Shown here piece by piece: positions 9,151-19,014 of a DNA stretch of 63,219 bases. How positions within the stretch are numbered: the first letter of the stretch is position 1; the number at the start of each line of letters is the position of its first letter. The notes below the pieces were generated by a model. It ran no database searches. It saw nothing but the letters and a program-made list of their open reading frames with translations, and was not told where the DNA came from. This stretch comes from an uncultured Rhodospirillales bacterium (GTDB lineage Bacteria > Pseudomonadota > Alphaproteobacteria > CACIAM-22H2), in the NCBI GenBank assembly GCA_903860935.1, contig CAIOSQ010000269.1, positions 1 through 63,219 on the forward strand. Direction: 5' to 3'. Position numbers and translations under genes: made by a program.

Positions 9151-10044
9151 TCATGCGCTGCGCCGCAGCGCCGCGATTTCCGCCGCTGTCGGAAAGGCCG
9201 TGGACGTCCCCGCCCGTGTCACGGACAGGCTCGCCCCGGCGATGGCGAGACGCAACGCCCCGGCAGGATCGGCGCCGAGGCACAGTTCGGCCAGCAGGAG
9301 GCCGACGAGCGTGTCGCCGGCTCCGGCCGTGTCGACGACATCAACCCGGGGTGCGTCGATCGCGGTTTCGGACACGTCGTCAAGCAGAACGGCGCCATGC
9401 GCGCCGACGGTGAGGACGACATGACATCCGCGGACCAGATGGCGAGCGCCGGCATGCGGATCCGCCTGGCCCGACAACGCGGCGGATTCGACCTCGTTGA
9501 CGATCAGCAGGTCGCATGAGGCGAGAACGGGACCGAAGTCGAAGGCGACCGGCGCCGCGTTGACCGCAACACGCGCACCGCGCGCGCGCGCCGCAACGGC
9601 AGCGGCCAGTGTGGCTTCGGCCGTGAGATTTCCCTGGAGCAGCAGCCAATCGCCCGCGTCGAGCGCCTCCACGACGACCGCGGCGTGCTCCGGCGCGATG
9701 CTTCTCGCCGCGGCGGCGCTGCTCGCGATCATGTTGCGACCATCTCCGTCCACCCAGATCGATGACATGTCGGTCGCCGCGGGAGAATCGATCCATCGCA
9801 CCCGCGCGACCGGCTCGCACGCCACCGCCGCGCGCAGCACGACACCCGCATCGTCGGCTCCGATGGCGGCGGCGAAGTCGACCCGCGCGCCGGCCCGCGC
9901 CGCGACGATCGCCTGATTGAACCCCTTGCCGCCCGGACACCGCATCGGCGCCTCGCCGAGGACGGTCTCTCCGATCGCCGGCAGACGCTCGACCCGCTGC
10001 ACCACGTCGAGCGTGGCATTGCCGAGAACCATCAGCGTGCGCAT
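9151..10044 (-). CDS. ribokinase-like PfkB family sugar kinase
   Basis: NATLDVV..LP..GETV ... GGKGFNQAIVAARAG ... DTAGAGDTLVGLLLAEL. The ATG at 10044 overlaps the upstream stop by 1 nt. Confidence 0.85.
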   Translation of the reverse strand: MRTLMVLGNATLDVVQRVERLPAIGETVLGEAPMRCPGGKGFNQAIVAARAGARVDFAAAIGADDAGVVLRAAVACEPVARVRWIDSPAATDMSSIWVDGDGRNMIASSAAAARSIAPEHAAVVVEALDAGDWLLLQGNLTAEATLAAAVAARARGARVAVNAAPVAFDFGPVLASCDLLIVNEVESAALSGQADPHAGARHLVRGCHVVLTVGAHGAVLLDDVSETAIDAPRVDVVDTAGAGDTLVGLLLAELCLGADPAGALRLAIAGASLSVTRAGTSTAFPTAAEIAALRRSA

Positions 10045-11114
10045 CACGGTCGATCCGCGCGTCGTGCGCGAAGCCGGGCCAGTCGCGCGGCGACCATCGG
10101 CGAAACGGCGGCATCGCCCTCCATCCAGGGCGACGCGGTTGCGGGAAGATCGTCGAGCCTGTGGCACAGCGCGAGATGCGCCGCGTCGTCCAGAGGGCGA
10201 AGAGGCGGAGGAGCAAGCCGGCACGCATCGGCGACATGGGGGCATCGATCGGCGAAGCGGCAGCCGCGCGCGACGGCGAACGGATCCGGCGGCTCGCCCT
10301 GCAGCACCGACTTGGTCCGCCGGGCCGCAGGCGAGACAGCGGGGACCGACGCCAGCAGAGCCTGCGTGTAGGGATGACGCGGATGCCCGAAGATCCGCGC
10401 CGCCGGGCCCCGCTCGACGAGCCGTCCGGCATACATGACACCCACGCTATGGGCGACGCTGCGCACCACGCCCATGTCGTGGGACACGAAGATCATCGTC
10501 AGGCCGAGCCGCGCGCGCAGATCCTGCAGCAGGTTGAGGATCTGCGCCTGCACCGACACGTCCAACGCGGCGACCGGCTCGTCGCAGATCAGCAACTCCG
10601 GTTCGACGGCGAGCGCCCGCGCGATGACGACACGCTGTCGCTGGCCCCCGCTCAGCGCGTGCGGGAAGCGGCCCGCGAGGCTCGGATCAAGACCAACGAG
10701 ATCGAGCAGTTCCTCGACGCGCGCGCCAAGGCGCGCGGCCGAGCGCAGCCGATGCAGCCGGATCGGCGCGGCTATGGCGTCGCCGATCCTTTCGCGCGGG
10801 TCGAGAGACGCGAAGGGATCCTGAAACACGATCTGCAGGCGACGTCGCATCGCCCGCAGCCCCGCGCCATCCAGTCCCCGCAGGTCAGTGCCTGCGAAGA
10901 CAATACGCCCTTCGTCCGGTTCGATCAGCCGAAGCACGAGACGGCCGACGGTCGTCTTTCCGCTCCCGCTCTCGCCGACCAGCGCGAAGGTCTCGCCCGC
11001 CGCGACCGAAAACGACATGTCTTCGACCGCGCGCAGACGCTTCCTGCCGCCCGCGGGGCCAGGTACATCGAAACTCTTGCCGAGGCCCGAAACCTCGAGG
11101 AGCGGCGCGCTCAT
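10044..11114 (-). CDS. Dpp/Opp-type ABC transporter ATP-binding protein (DppF-like)
   Basis: Walker A GESGSGKTT, signature LSGGQRQRV, Walker B LLICDEPVAALD, and the C-terminal oligopeptide domain HPYTQALL. The ATG at 11114 overlaps the upstream stop (ATGA). Confidence 0.9.
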   Translation of the reverse strand: MSAPLLEVSGLGKSFDVPGPAGGRKRLRAVEDMSFSVAAGETFALVGESGSGKTTVGRLVLRLIEPDEGRIVFAGTDLRGLDGAGLRAMRRRLQIVFQDPFASLDPRERIGDAIAAPIRLHRLRSAARLGARVEELLDLVGLDPSLAGRFPHALSGGQRQRVVIARALAVEPELLICDEPVAALDVSVQAQILNLLQDLRARLGLTMIFVSHDMGVVRSVAHSVGVMYAGRLVERGPAARIFGHPRHPYTQALLASVPAVSPAARRTKSVLQGEPPDPFAVARGCRFADRCPHVADACRLAPPPLRPLDDAAHLALCHRLDDLPATASPWMEGDAAVSPMVAARLARLRARRADRP

Positions 11115-12112
11115 GGCCCCGCCTCGAGCGGCGCGTTCCAGCACGCGACGCCATGTCCACCCCGGTCGAAGGCAAGCACCGGAGCATCCGTCCTGCATCG
11201 ATCGACCGCGAAGGGACAACGCGGATGGAACCGACATCCATCCGGCATGTCGCCAGCGGTCGGAACGGCACCGCCGATCGCCGCGAGACGCTCGCCCGGC
11301 CTTGCGAGCCGCGGCACGGCGGCAAGCAACGACAGCGTGTAGGGATGACGGGCATCGGAGAAGATCGCCTCGACCGAGGCCTTTTCGACGATCCTGCCCG
11401 CGTACATCACGGCCATGTCGTCACCGAGTTCCGCGACGACGCCCAGATCATGCGTGATCAGCAGGACGGCGGTGCCGAGTTCGCGCCGCATCTCGTCCAT
11501 CAGCGCGAGGATCTGCGCCTGGATGGTGACGTCGAGCGCGGTGGTCGGTTCGTCCGCGATCAGCAACCGGGGCCGGCACACGAGCGCCATCGCGATCATG
11601 ATCCGCTGACGCATGCCACCGGACAATTGGTGCGGATAGGATCCCATCCGCGTCTCCGCCGCGGGAATCCGGACCAGGCGCAGCATCTCCAACGCCGCGA
11701 GCCGCGCCTCCGCCGCGCCAAGACCGCGATGGACGCGCGCCACCTCGGCGATCTGTTCGCCGATCGTGAACACGGGATTGAGCGACGTCATCGGCTCCTG
11801 GAAGATCATCGCCATGCGGTTGCCGCGCAGAGCCGCGATCGCCGTCTCATCGAGGCCGCGCAGGTCGACCCCGTCGAAATCGAGCGTGTCGGCCTCGATG
11901 CGGGCCGCCGGCGACAGGAGCCGCATGATCGCGAGCGCCGTGAGACTCTTTCCCGATCCGGATTCACCGACGAGACACGTCACCCGTCCGGCCGCCACGT
12001 CCAAGTCCACGCCATCGACCGGGCGTGTCGAAGCCGCGCCGGCGGCGAAACCGATTCGCAACGCCCTGATGCGCAAGAGGGTCTTTTCGTGCGGCGAGAG
12101 CGAGGCGTCCAC
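11111..12112 (-). CDS. Dpp/Opp-type ABC transporter ATP-binding protein (DppD-like)
   Basis: [50 protein letters not shown]. The start codon at 12112 is GTG (no in-frame ATG nearby). Confidence 0.88.
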   Translation of the reverse strand: MDASLSPHEKTLLRIRALRIGFAAGAASTRPVDGVDLDVAAGRVTCLVGESGSGKSLTALAIMRLLSPAARIEADTLDFDGVDLRGLDETAIAALRGNRMAMIFQEPMTSLNPVFTIGEQIAEVARVHRGLGAAEARLAALEMLRLVRIPAAETRMGSYPHQLSGGMRQRIMIAMALVCRPRLLIADEPTTALDVTIQAQILALMDEMRRELGTAVLLITHDLGVVAELGDDMAVMYAGRIVEKASVEAIFSDARHPYTLSLLAAVPRLARPGERLAAIGGAVPTAGDMPDGCRFHPRCPFAVDRCRTDAPVLAFDRGGHGVACWNAPLEAGP

Positions 12113-12222
12113 TGCGTCGGCGTATCCGGCTGTCGAGGGTCGATTGACAACGTCGCATCGCGCAAACGAAACTGAAAGTGCTTTCCCTCCTTCTCGCGCG
12201 GCGAAATGCCGACGGCCAGCGG

Positions 12223-13167
12223 ATGACTCGCTACATCGCGTACAGAGTTCTGGCCCTCGTACCGATCCTGCTCGGCACGTCTTTTGTCTCCTTTGGCCTC
12301 ATCCATCTCGTCCCGGGCGACCCCGTGGTCGCGATGCTCGGCCTCGAGGCCGATGCCCAGTCGATCGCCGCGCTGCGCGCGAAGCTCGCCCTCGACGAGC
12401 CTTTCCTGCTCCAGTACGTCGCCTGGCTCTCGAACATCGCCATCGGGGATTTCGGGCGCTCGATCCAGGGCGAAAGACCGGTGGCCGCCCTTGTGTTCAC
12501 GGCGCTTGTGCCAAGCGCCCAGCTCGCACTCGCGGCCCTGGCCGTGTCGCTGCTGATCGCGATCCCGACCGGCGTCGTCGCGGCGCGCCATCGCAACGGT
12601 CCCAAGGATCTGGCTGCATCCTTCGTCGCCCTGTGCGGCTTGTCGCTCCCGAGCTTCTGGCTCGGCGTCCTCCTGATCCTCGGCCTCTCGGTCCATGTCC
12701 CGCTCTTTCCATCCTCGGGCTACGTCCCGCCGCTTGCGGATCCGCTCGGCCATCTGCGCCACCTCGCGCTGCCGGCCCTGACGCTCGGCGCTGCGCTCGC
12801 GGCGGCCACGATGCGCATGACGCGCGCGACGATGATCGAGGTCCTGCGCGCCGACTACATCCGCACGGCCCGGGCCAAGGGACTGCCGGAGCGCGAGGTC
12901 GTCTGGCGCCATGCGCTGCGCAACACGACCATTCCCCTCGTGACGCTCGTCGGCATTCAGCTCGGACAATTGCTGGGCGGCGTCGTGGTGACCGAGACCG
13001 TGTTCGCATGGCCTGGGATCGGCAAGCTCACGGTCGATGCGATCTTCGCGCGCGACTACCCGGTCGTGCAGGCGACGATCCTCGTCACCGCGGCCCTGTT
13101 CGTCCTCCTGAATCTCGCCACCGACATCGCCTATGCGATGCTCGACCCGAGGATCAGGCTGTCATGA
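12223..13167 (+). CDS. Dpp/Opp-type ABC transporter permease (DppB-like)
   Basis: MTRYIAYRVLALVPILLGTSFVSFGLIHLVPGDP ... YIRTARAKGL, the EAA-loop region. Confidence 0.9.
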   Translation: MTRYIAYRVLALVPILLGTSFVSFGLIHLVPGDPVVAMLGLEADAQSIAALRAKLALDEPFLLQYVAWLSNIAIGDFGRSIQGERPVAALVFTALVPSAQLALAALAVSLLIAIPTGVVAARHRNGPKDLAASFVALCGLSLPSFWLGVLLILGLSVHVPLFPSSGYVPPLADPLGHLRHLALPALTLGAALAAATMRMTRATMIEVLRADYIRTARAKGLPEREVVWRHALRNTTIPLVTLVGIQLGQLLGGVVVTETVFAWPGIGKLTVDAIFARDYPVVQATILVTAALFVLLNLATDIAYAMLDPRIRLS

Positions 13168-13967
13168 TGATGGATCCGCGCACCGCGATCGGCGCGGCGA
13201 TCGTGGCGGTGGTCGCATGCGCGGCCCTGGGCGCACCTTGGCTGGCGCCGCACGATCCCAACCTTCCCGATTTCGCGGCCGCACTCGCGCCGCCGGGCGC
13301 GTCGCACTGGTTCGGCGCCGACGATCTGGGACGCGACACATTCTCCCGTATCGTCCATGGCGCGCGCGCCTCCCTCATGGTCGGATTCCTCAGCGTTGCG
13401 GGCGCCCTGGTCCTGGGAACCAGCCTCGGGCTCATCGCGGGATATTTCGGGGGCCTGGCCGATGCCGCGATCATGCGGGTGATGGACGTGCTCTTCGCCT
13501 TTCCGGGCATCCTGCTGGCGCTGGGCATCACGGCGGCGCTCGGTCCCTCGCTCAGCAACGCGATCCTCGCCATCGCCGTCGTGAACCTGCCGATCTTCGC
13601 GCGTCTCGCGCGCAGCCAAGCCCTGGTGATCCGGTCGCTCGATTATGTCGAGGCCAGACGCGCACTCGGCTTCGGCCCGCTTTCGATCCTCGTGTCGACC
13701 GTGCTGCCCAATGCCATGGGACCGATCGTCGTTCAGGCGTCCCTGCTCTTCGCCTCGGCCATCATCACCGAATCCTATTTGTCCTTCCTGGGTCTTGGCG
13801 TCCAGCCGCCGACACCGACCTGGGGAAACATGCTCCGCGGCGCGATCGGGTTCCTCGACATGTCCGCCTGGCTCGCATGGTTTCCTGGCATCGCGATCTT
13901 CGCTACGGTGCTCGGGTTCAATCTTCTTGGCGACGGATTGCGCGACCGTCTCGATCCGCGCGCCTGA
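13164..13967 (+). CDS. Dpp/Opp-type ABC transporter permease (DppC-like)
   Basis: ATG at 13164 (ATGA overlap). HWFGADDLGRDTFSRIVHGARASL ... YVEARRALGF. The rest of the 733-aa ORF upstream is spurious. Confidence 0.9.
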   Translation: MMMDPRTAIGAAIVAVVACAALGAPWLAPHDPNLPDFAAALAPPGASHWFGADDLGRDTFSRIVHGARASLMVGFLSVAGALVLGTSLGLIAGYFGGLADAAIMRVMDVLFAFPGILLALGITAALGPSLSNAILAIAVVNLPIFARLARSQALVIRSLDYVEARRALGFGPLSILVSTVLPNAMGPIVVQASLLFASAIITESYLSFLGLGVQPPTPTWGNMLRGAIGFLDMSAWLAWFPGIAIFATVLGFNLLGDGLRDRLDPRA

Positions 13968-14004
13968 CGAAAATTCCGATCTAACCAATTGGGGAACCGC
14001 AGAC

Positions 14005-15522
14005 ATGACGACCACGCGACGCCACTTCGCACGCCTCGCCGGCTCGATCCCGGCCTTGTCCCTGGCGACCGGCATGGGAGCCGCCAGCGCGCAGACCGCG
14101 CGCACGCTCAATGTCGGGATCGTCTCCGATCCGGTCACGCTGGATCCGGCGATGATGGCTTCGTTCTTCGAGATCCTTGTCCAGTACAACATCCATGAAC
14201 CGCTCCTGCATCTGACGCCGGACCTCAAGATCGAGCCGGGTCTCGCCGCGGTCGAGATCGTCGATCCGGTCACCTACCGGTTCACGCTAAAACAAGGGCT
14301 GACCTTCCACGACGGGACCACGATCGATGCCGCGGCCGCCAAGGCCAATTTCGACCGCATGCTCGATCCGGCCACTGGATCCCCGCGCCGCGGAGAACTC
14401 GGGCCGATCGATGCGGTCGAGGTGACGGCCCCCCTCACCTTCGTCGTCCGCTTCAAGGCGCCCTATGCGCCGTTCCTGCAGGTCCTCGCCAATCGCGCCG
14501 GCATGATGGTCTCCCCTGCGGCGCTGGGATCGCTCGGTGCCGATTTCGCGACGAAGGCCGTCGGTGCGGGTCCATTCAAGGTCGCGTCCTGGACCAAGAA
14601 CGCGGAACTGGTGCTCGAGCGCTTCGCCGGATACTGGCGCAGCGGCTTGCCCAGCATCGACCGCGTCGTGTTCCGTCCGATCGCCGACGAGACCGTCCGG
14701 CTTGCCAATCTACGCTCCGGCACGCTGCAACTCGTCGATGGCGTCCCGCCGCAATCGGTGGCGCAACTCGGCCGCGAAGCGAATATCGCGGTCAAGCAGC
14801 AGCCGGGCCTGGGCTTCAACGCATTCTCGTTCAACACGACGCGCGGGGCCTTCGCCGACGCCCGTGTGCGTCGCGCCTTCGTCCTGACCATGGATCCCGA
14901 CGTCATCCAGCGCGTCGTCTATTTCAACACCGGCGCTCCCGCCTATGGTCCCATCCCGCCCTCGATCGGCTGGGCGCACGATCCGGCGTTCAAGCCCAAT
15001 CGCCTTGACCGCGACGGCGCGCGCAAGCTGCTCGCGGAAGCCGGCCACAACGCGCCGGTTCCGGTCACCATAACCGTCACCAACTCTCCGCTGCAGGTGC
15101 GCATCGCGGAGGTCCTCCAGAGCCAGGCGAACCAGGCCGGGTTCAAGGTCGACATCAAGCAGATCGATGCCACCAGCCTCATCACCGTACTTCGTCAGCG
15201 TGACTTCGACCTCTGCATGTCGCCGTGGTCGGGCCGGTCCGATCCGGACGGCAACATGTTCAACTACTTCACCAAGACAGGTCCGAACAATTTCGCCGGC
15301 TGGCAGTCCGATACGGTGACCGACCTGCTCACCCGCGCCCGCAGCGTCGTCGATCAGGCGGAGCGCGCGAAGCTCTATCGCGCCGCCGAAACGGCCATCG
15401 CCGCCGACATGCCGATGCTGTTCGTGCATTTCGACGCGACGATCCAGGCCTCCACGGGTCGCCTCGACTGGACCCAATACGCCGACGGCGCGTTGCGGCT
15501 CCAATTCGCCAGGCTCGGGTGA
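14005..15522 (+). CDS. family-5 (Dpp/Opp-type) periplasmic solute-binding protein with a Tat-like signal
   Basis: MTTTRRHFARLAGSIPALSLATGMGAASAQ signal. The mature part is typical of peptide/nickel/opine SBPs (FHDGT.., AGYW.., PMLFVH). Confidence 0.88.
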   Translation: MTTTRRHFARLAGSIPALSLATGMGAASAQTARTLNVGIVSDPVTLDPAMMASFFEILVQYNIHEPLLHLTPDLKIEPGLAAVEIVDPVTYRFTLKQGLTFHDGTTIDAAAAKANFDRMLDPATGSPRRGELGPIDAVEVTAPLTFVVRFKAPYAPFLQVLANRAGMMVSPAALGSLGADFATKAVGAGPFKVASWTKNAELVLERFAGYWRSGLPSIDRVVFRPIADETVRLANLRSGTLQLVDGVPPQSVAQLGREANIAVKQQPGLGFNAFSFNTTRGAFADARVRRAFVLTMDPDVIQRVVYFNTGAPAYGPIPPSIGWAHDPAFKPNRLDRDGARKLLAEAGHNAPVPVTITVTNSPLQVRIAEVLQSQANQAGFKVDIKQIDATSLITVLRQRDFDLCMSPWSGRSDPDGNMFNYFTKTGPNNFAGWQSDTVTDLLTRARSVVDQAERAKLYRAAETAIAADMPMLFVHFDATIQASTGRLDWTQYADGALRLQFARLG

Positions 15523-15532
15523 GACAGCCGTC

Positions 15533-16321
15533 ATGGCAAGCGACCTGAAGCTGCTGCTCGCCGGCGAGAGCTGGACCACGACAGCGACGCACATCAAGGG
15601 CTGGGATCAGTTCCACTCCGCCACCTTCCATCGCGGCGCCGACCATTTCGTCGCCGCGATGCGCAAGGCGGGCATCGCGATCGACTACATGCCGAGCCAT
15701 GTCGCGGCGGCGGATTTCCCCCTCGATCCCGAGGCACTCGACGCCTACGACGCGATTATCCTGAGCGACATCGGCTCCAACACGCTGCTACTGCCGCCGC
15801 AGGTCTGGATCGAATCGAAGACTGCGCCCAATCGCCTCAAGCTGATCCGCGATTACGTCGCGCGCGGCGGCGGGCTGGTGATGATCGGCGGCTACTACAG
15901 CTTCCAGGGGCTCAACGGCGGCGCGCGCTATCACCGCACGCCGATCGAGGAAATCCTGCCGGTCTCGATGCATCCCTTCGACGACCGCGTAGAGATCCCC
16001 GAGGGGTTCACCGCCGTGGTCCCCAAGGCTGCGCGCCGACATCCGGTCCTCAAGGATGTTCCGGCGGGCCCCTGGCCGGTGCTTCTAGGCGTCAACGAGG
16101 TGAAGGCGAAGCGCGGCGCGACCGTGCTCGCCTCCGTGCCCGCCGATCAGGGCGGACACCCGCTCCTCGTCGCCGGAACCCACGGCAAGGGGCGAAGCGT
16201 CGCCTGGACCTCGGACATCGGACCGCACTGGCTGCCTGGCGCGTTCTCCGATTGGGACGGTTTCCGTCCCCTGTGGTCGAACCTGCTCCGCTGGGTCGCG
16301 CGGAACGATGCGCGCCGCTAG
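15533..16321 (+). CDS. GATase1-like (DUF1355/ThuA-like fold) cytoplasmic protein; contains no cysteine
   Basis: YDAIILSDIGSNTLL ... YVARGGGLVMIGGYYSFQG ... GKGRSVAWTSDIGPHW. There is no signal peptide and no Cys anywhere in the 262 aa. Confidence 0.6.
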   Translation: MASDLKLLLAGESWTTTATHIKGWDQFHSATFHRGADHFVAAMRKAGIAIDYMPSHVAAADFPLDPEALDAYDAIILSDIGSNTLLLPPQVWIESKTAPNRLKLIRDYVARGGGLVMIGGYYSFQGLNGGARYHRTPIEEILPVSMHPFDDRVEIPEGFTAVVPKAARRHPVLKDVPAGPWPVLLGVNEVKAKRGATVLASVPADQGGHPLLVAGTHGKGRSVAWTSDIGPHWLPGAFSDWDGFRPLWSNLLRWVARNDARR

Positions 16322-16404
16322 TCCTGCGCGTCGCGCATGGGCCCGAGCCTTGCCGGGCCGAGGATGGGCGCGGTAGCGTCATGAGGAACTCAAGGGAGGG
16401 GCTC

Positions 16405-18003
16405 ATGACGCATACCGACGATCGCGCTGAATCCGAGATCCTGGCAGCGGCGTCGCCGTCGCTGGACAGGCGTACGCTCCTGCGTCTTGCCCTCGCCGGC
16501 GGCGCGCTGGGCCTCGCGCCCGCGGCGCTGGCGCAATCCGGTGCGGGCGCGCCCAAGCGCGGTGGGCGCCTGACGATCGGCGCCGACGCCGATCCGATCG
16601 GCCTCGATCCCGTCACGCTGACGGCGTTTTCGTCCTACGACTTCACGGCGCTGATCTACAGCGGATTGCTGCGCTGGAACGCCGACATGAAGGTCGAACC
16701 GGACCTCGCGACAGGCTTCGAACAGCCTGACCCGACGACTTATATCTTCAAGCTTCGGAGCGGCGTGAAGTTCCATAACGGTCAGGATTTCGAGGCCGCG
16801 GACGTCAAGCACACCTTCGACCGCATCCGCGACCCGGCCTCGGCGAGCCCGAGCGCGACGATGTTCGCGAGCGTCAAGGAAGTCACGGTCGTCGACAGGC
16901 TGACCGTGCGGTTCGATCTCCACGCGCCGAGCGCCGCGTTCCTCAGCTATCTCGCGACCAATCCGACCGGCGTCATCGTCCCGCGCGGTGTCGGCGAACT
17001 CGCGACCAAGCCCGTCGGCACGGGGCCGTTCGTCTTCGAGTCCTACCAGCCGAACCAGCAATTCACGCTCAAGGCCAACCCGAGCTACTACGAGGCAGGG
17101 CTGCCCTATCTCGATACCGTCGTGTTCCGCTTCTTCAAGGATCAGGCGTCGCTCACCTCGGCGCTGCGCTCCAAGGCGATCGACATGACGTGGTTCAAGG
17201 ATCCGAAGGTCTCGGCGCAGATCGTCCGGACGTCGCCCGACCTCGTCTCGGCGCCTGGAAAGACCACCCGCACGTTTCCGGTCTGGATGAACATGAAGGC
17301 CGCGCCGCTGAACGACGTGCGCGTGCGCCGCGCGCTCAGCCTCGCAACCGACCGGGCAGCGTGCCTCCAGACGGTGCTCGGGGGCTCCGGCAAGGTCGCC
17401 GCGATGGTTCCCGAAAGCCATGTCGGCGGCTATGACGGCGCGGGCGAGATGCCCTACTACAAGACCGACATCGCCGCCGCGAAGAGGCTGCTGGCGGAGG
17501 CGGGCCACGCGAACGGGATAGACCTCGGCGACTATCTCGTCGTCGCGGCCAATCCGCTCGATGTCAGCTGCGCCCAGATCCTGCAGCAGCAATGGGCCGA
17601 AGCCGGCATCAAGGTCGCCATCAAGCCGATGGAGACCGCGCCGTTGATCGGCATGTGGCTGAAGGGCGAGTTCCCGACCCTGCTCTCGGTCGCGCTGAGC
17701 TGGAGCCCGGACCCCGACGCGATCGTGTCGCGCATAACCTCGATGCATGGCCAGGGGAAATCCTCGGGCATGGCCGATGCGAAGCTCGACGCGATGGTCG
17801 TGGAGGCGCGGACGATCCTCGATCGCGGCAAGCGCGCCGAAGCCTACATGGCCATCCAGCGGCACATCGCCGACAACGCCTATGTGCTGGACATCTACCA
17901 GTACCCGCTGCGTTGGGAAGCCTGGTGGAGCCATGCCAAGGGCTATGCCCCGCTCGCCGCCAACATCCGCAGCTTCGTGCGGACGACCTGGGTCGACAAG
18001 TGA
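16405..18003 (+). CDS. family-5 (Dpp/Opp-type) periplasmic solute-binding protein with a Tat-like signal
   Basis: ATG at 16405 preceded by AAGGGAGGGG. LDRRTLLRLALAGGALGLAPAALAQ signal. FHNGQDF.., NPSYYEAGLPYLD. Confidence 0.88.
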   Translation: MTHTDDRAESEILAAASPSLDRRTLLRLALAGGALGLAPAALAQSGAGAPKRGGRLTIGADADPIGLDPVTLTAFSSYDFTALIYSGLLRWNADMKVEPDLATGFEQPDPTTYIFKLRSGVKFHNGQDFEAADVKHTFDRIRDPASASPSATMFASVKEVTVVDRLTVRFDLHAPSAAFLSYLATNPTGVIVPRGVGELATKPVGTGPFVFESYQPNQQFTLKANPSYYEAGLPYLDTVVFRFFKDQASLTSALRSKAIDMTWFKDPKVSAQIVRTSPDLVSAPGKTTRTFPVWMNMKAAPLNDVRVRRALSLATDRAACLQTVLGGSGKVAAMVPESHVGGYDGAGEMPYYKTDIAAAKRLLAEAGHANGIDLGDYLVVAANPLDVSCAQILQQQWAEAGIKVAIKPMETAPLIGMWLKGEFPTLLSVALSWSPDPDAIVSRITSMHGQGKSSGMADAKLDAMVVEARTILDRGKRAEAYMAIQRHIADNAYVLDIYQYPLRWEAWWSHAKGYAPLAANIRSFVRTTWVDK

Positions 18004-18069
18004 GACATTGATGCCGCTCGCCGTCCGCCACCTGCGGGCGAACGGGTCGAGGACGGGACGAGGCGCGCC

Positions 18070-19014
18070 ATGATGCGCATGGTGGCGCTTCGCCTCGCCC
18101 TCACCCTGCCGATCCTGCTCGGTGTCTCCATGGTCGCGTTCGCGCTGATGCGCGCCCTGCCGGGAGATTTCGCGCAGGCGTCGGCGGGCACGACCACCAT
18201 CTCGGTGGAGGCGCTCGACCAGATCCGCCGCAATCTCGGTCTCGACCGTCCGATCTGGGCCCAGTATCTGGCCTGGTTGGGCAACGCGTTGCAGGGCGAT
18301 CTCGGGCTGTCCTTCGCGACCAGGCGTCCCGTCCTGGGCGAACTCGTCCCACGATTTCTCGTCACCGCAGAACTGACGCTGATCGCGGGATTGATGGCGT
18401 TGACGCTCGGGACATGCACCGGACTTGCATCCGCGCGCCTGCGCGGACGCGTCGACTGGATCGTGCGCGGATGGAACAGCCTGCTGCTCGCGGTGCCGAA
18501 TTTCGTCGTCGCCACGCTCATCGTGCTGCTCGCGGGACTCTACTTCCCGACCATCGGGATCTTCACCTATGTGCCCTTCGCCGAGGACCCGGTCGCGAAT
18601 GTCGTCAGCCTGTTGCTCCCGGCGCTGTCGCTCGCGCTCACCGTGTCGGTCACGATCTCCGAAAACACGCGCGCCGCGGTGCTCGAGGTCTCGAGCCAGG
18701 ACTATGTGATGGTCGCGCGCGCCAAGGGCTTGACCGCCAGCGCAGTGCTGCGCGACTACCTCGTGCGCAACGCCCTCACGCCCGTGATAACGGTGACCGG
18801 ACTGCAGATGGCGGCTCTCCTGGGTGGTTCGATCCTGATCGAGACGATCTTCACGATCCCAGGCATGGGCCAGTACCTGTTCGAGTCGGTGACCACCCGC
18901 GACTATCCCGCGATCCAGGGCATCGTCCTCGTCGCCGCGAGCGTGGTCCTGCTCGTGAACGTGGCCGTGGACATCGCCTATGCCCGTGTCGACGCGCGGG
19001 TGTCCTATGACTGA
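18070..19014 (+). CDS. ABC transporter permease (DppB-like)
   Basis: MMRMVALRLALTLPILLGVSMVAFALMRALPGDF ... YVMVARAKGL. Confidence 0.9.
   Translation: MMRMVALRLALTLPILLGVSMVAFALMRALPGDFAQASAGTTTISVEALDQIRRNLGLDRPIWAQYLAWLGNALQGDLGLSFATRRPVLGELVPRFLVTAELTLIAGLMALTLGTCTGLASARLRGRVDWIVRGWNSLLLAVPNFVVATLIVLLAGLYFPTIGIFTYVPFAEDPVANVVSLLLPALSLALTVSVTISENTRAAVLEVSSQDYVMVARAKGLTASAVLRDYLVRNALTPVITVTGLQMAALLGGSILIETIFTIPGMGQYLFESVTTRDYPAIQGIVLVAASVVLLVNVAVDIAYARVDARVSYD

Noticed and set aside
12144-12172. TTGACA-N17-CGAAAC as a promoter for the permease/SBP unit
   Set aside because: The -35 is perfect but the -10 is poor. I note it only as a possibility inside the split-ABC finding.
11766-13163. Long upstream part of the 733-aa ORF that contains the DppC-like permease
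   Set aside because: It overlaps the DppD-like gene in antisense and the DppB-like gene out of frame. The permease sequence begins only at the ATG at 13164.
18826-18835. tRNA T-loop-like GGTTCGATCC
   Set aside because: It lies inside a permease coding region (encoding ..GGSILIE..) and has no acceptor, D or anticodon arms around it. I found no tRNA genes in the window.
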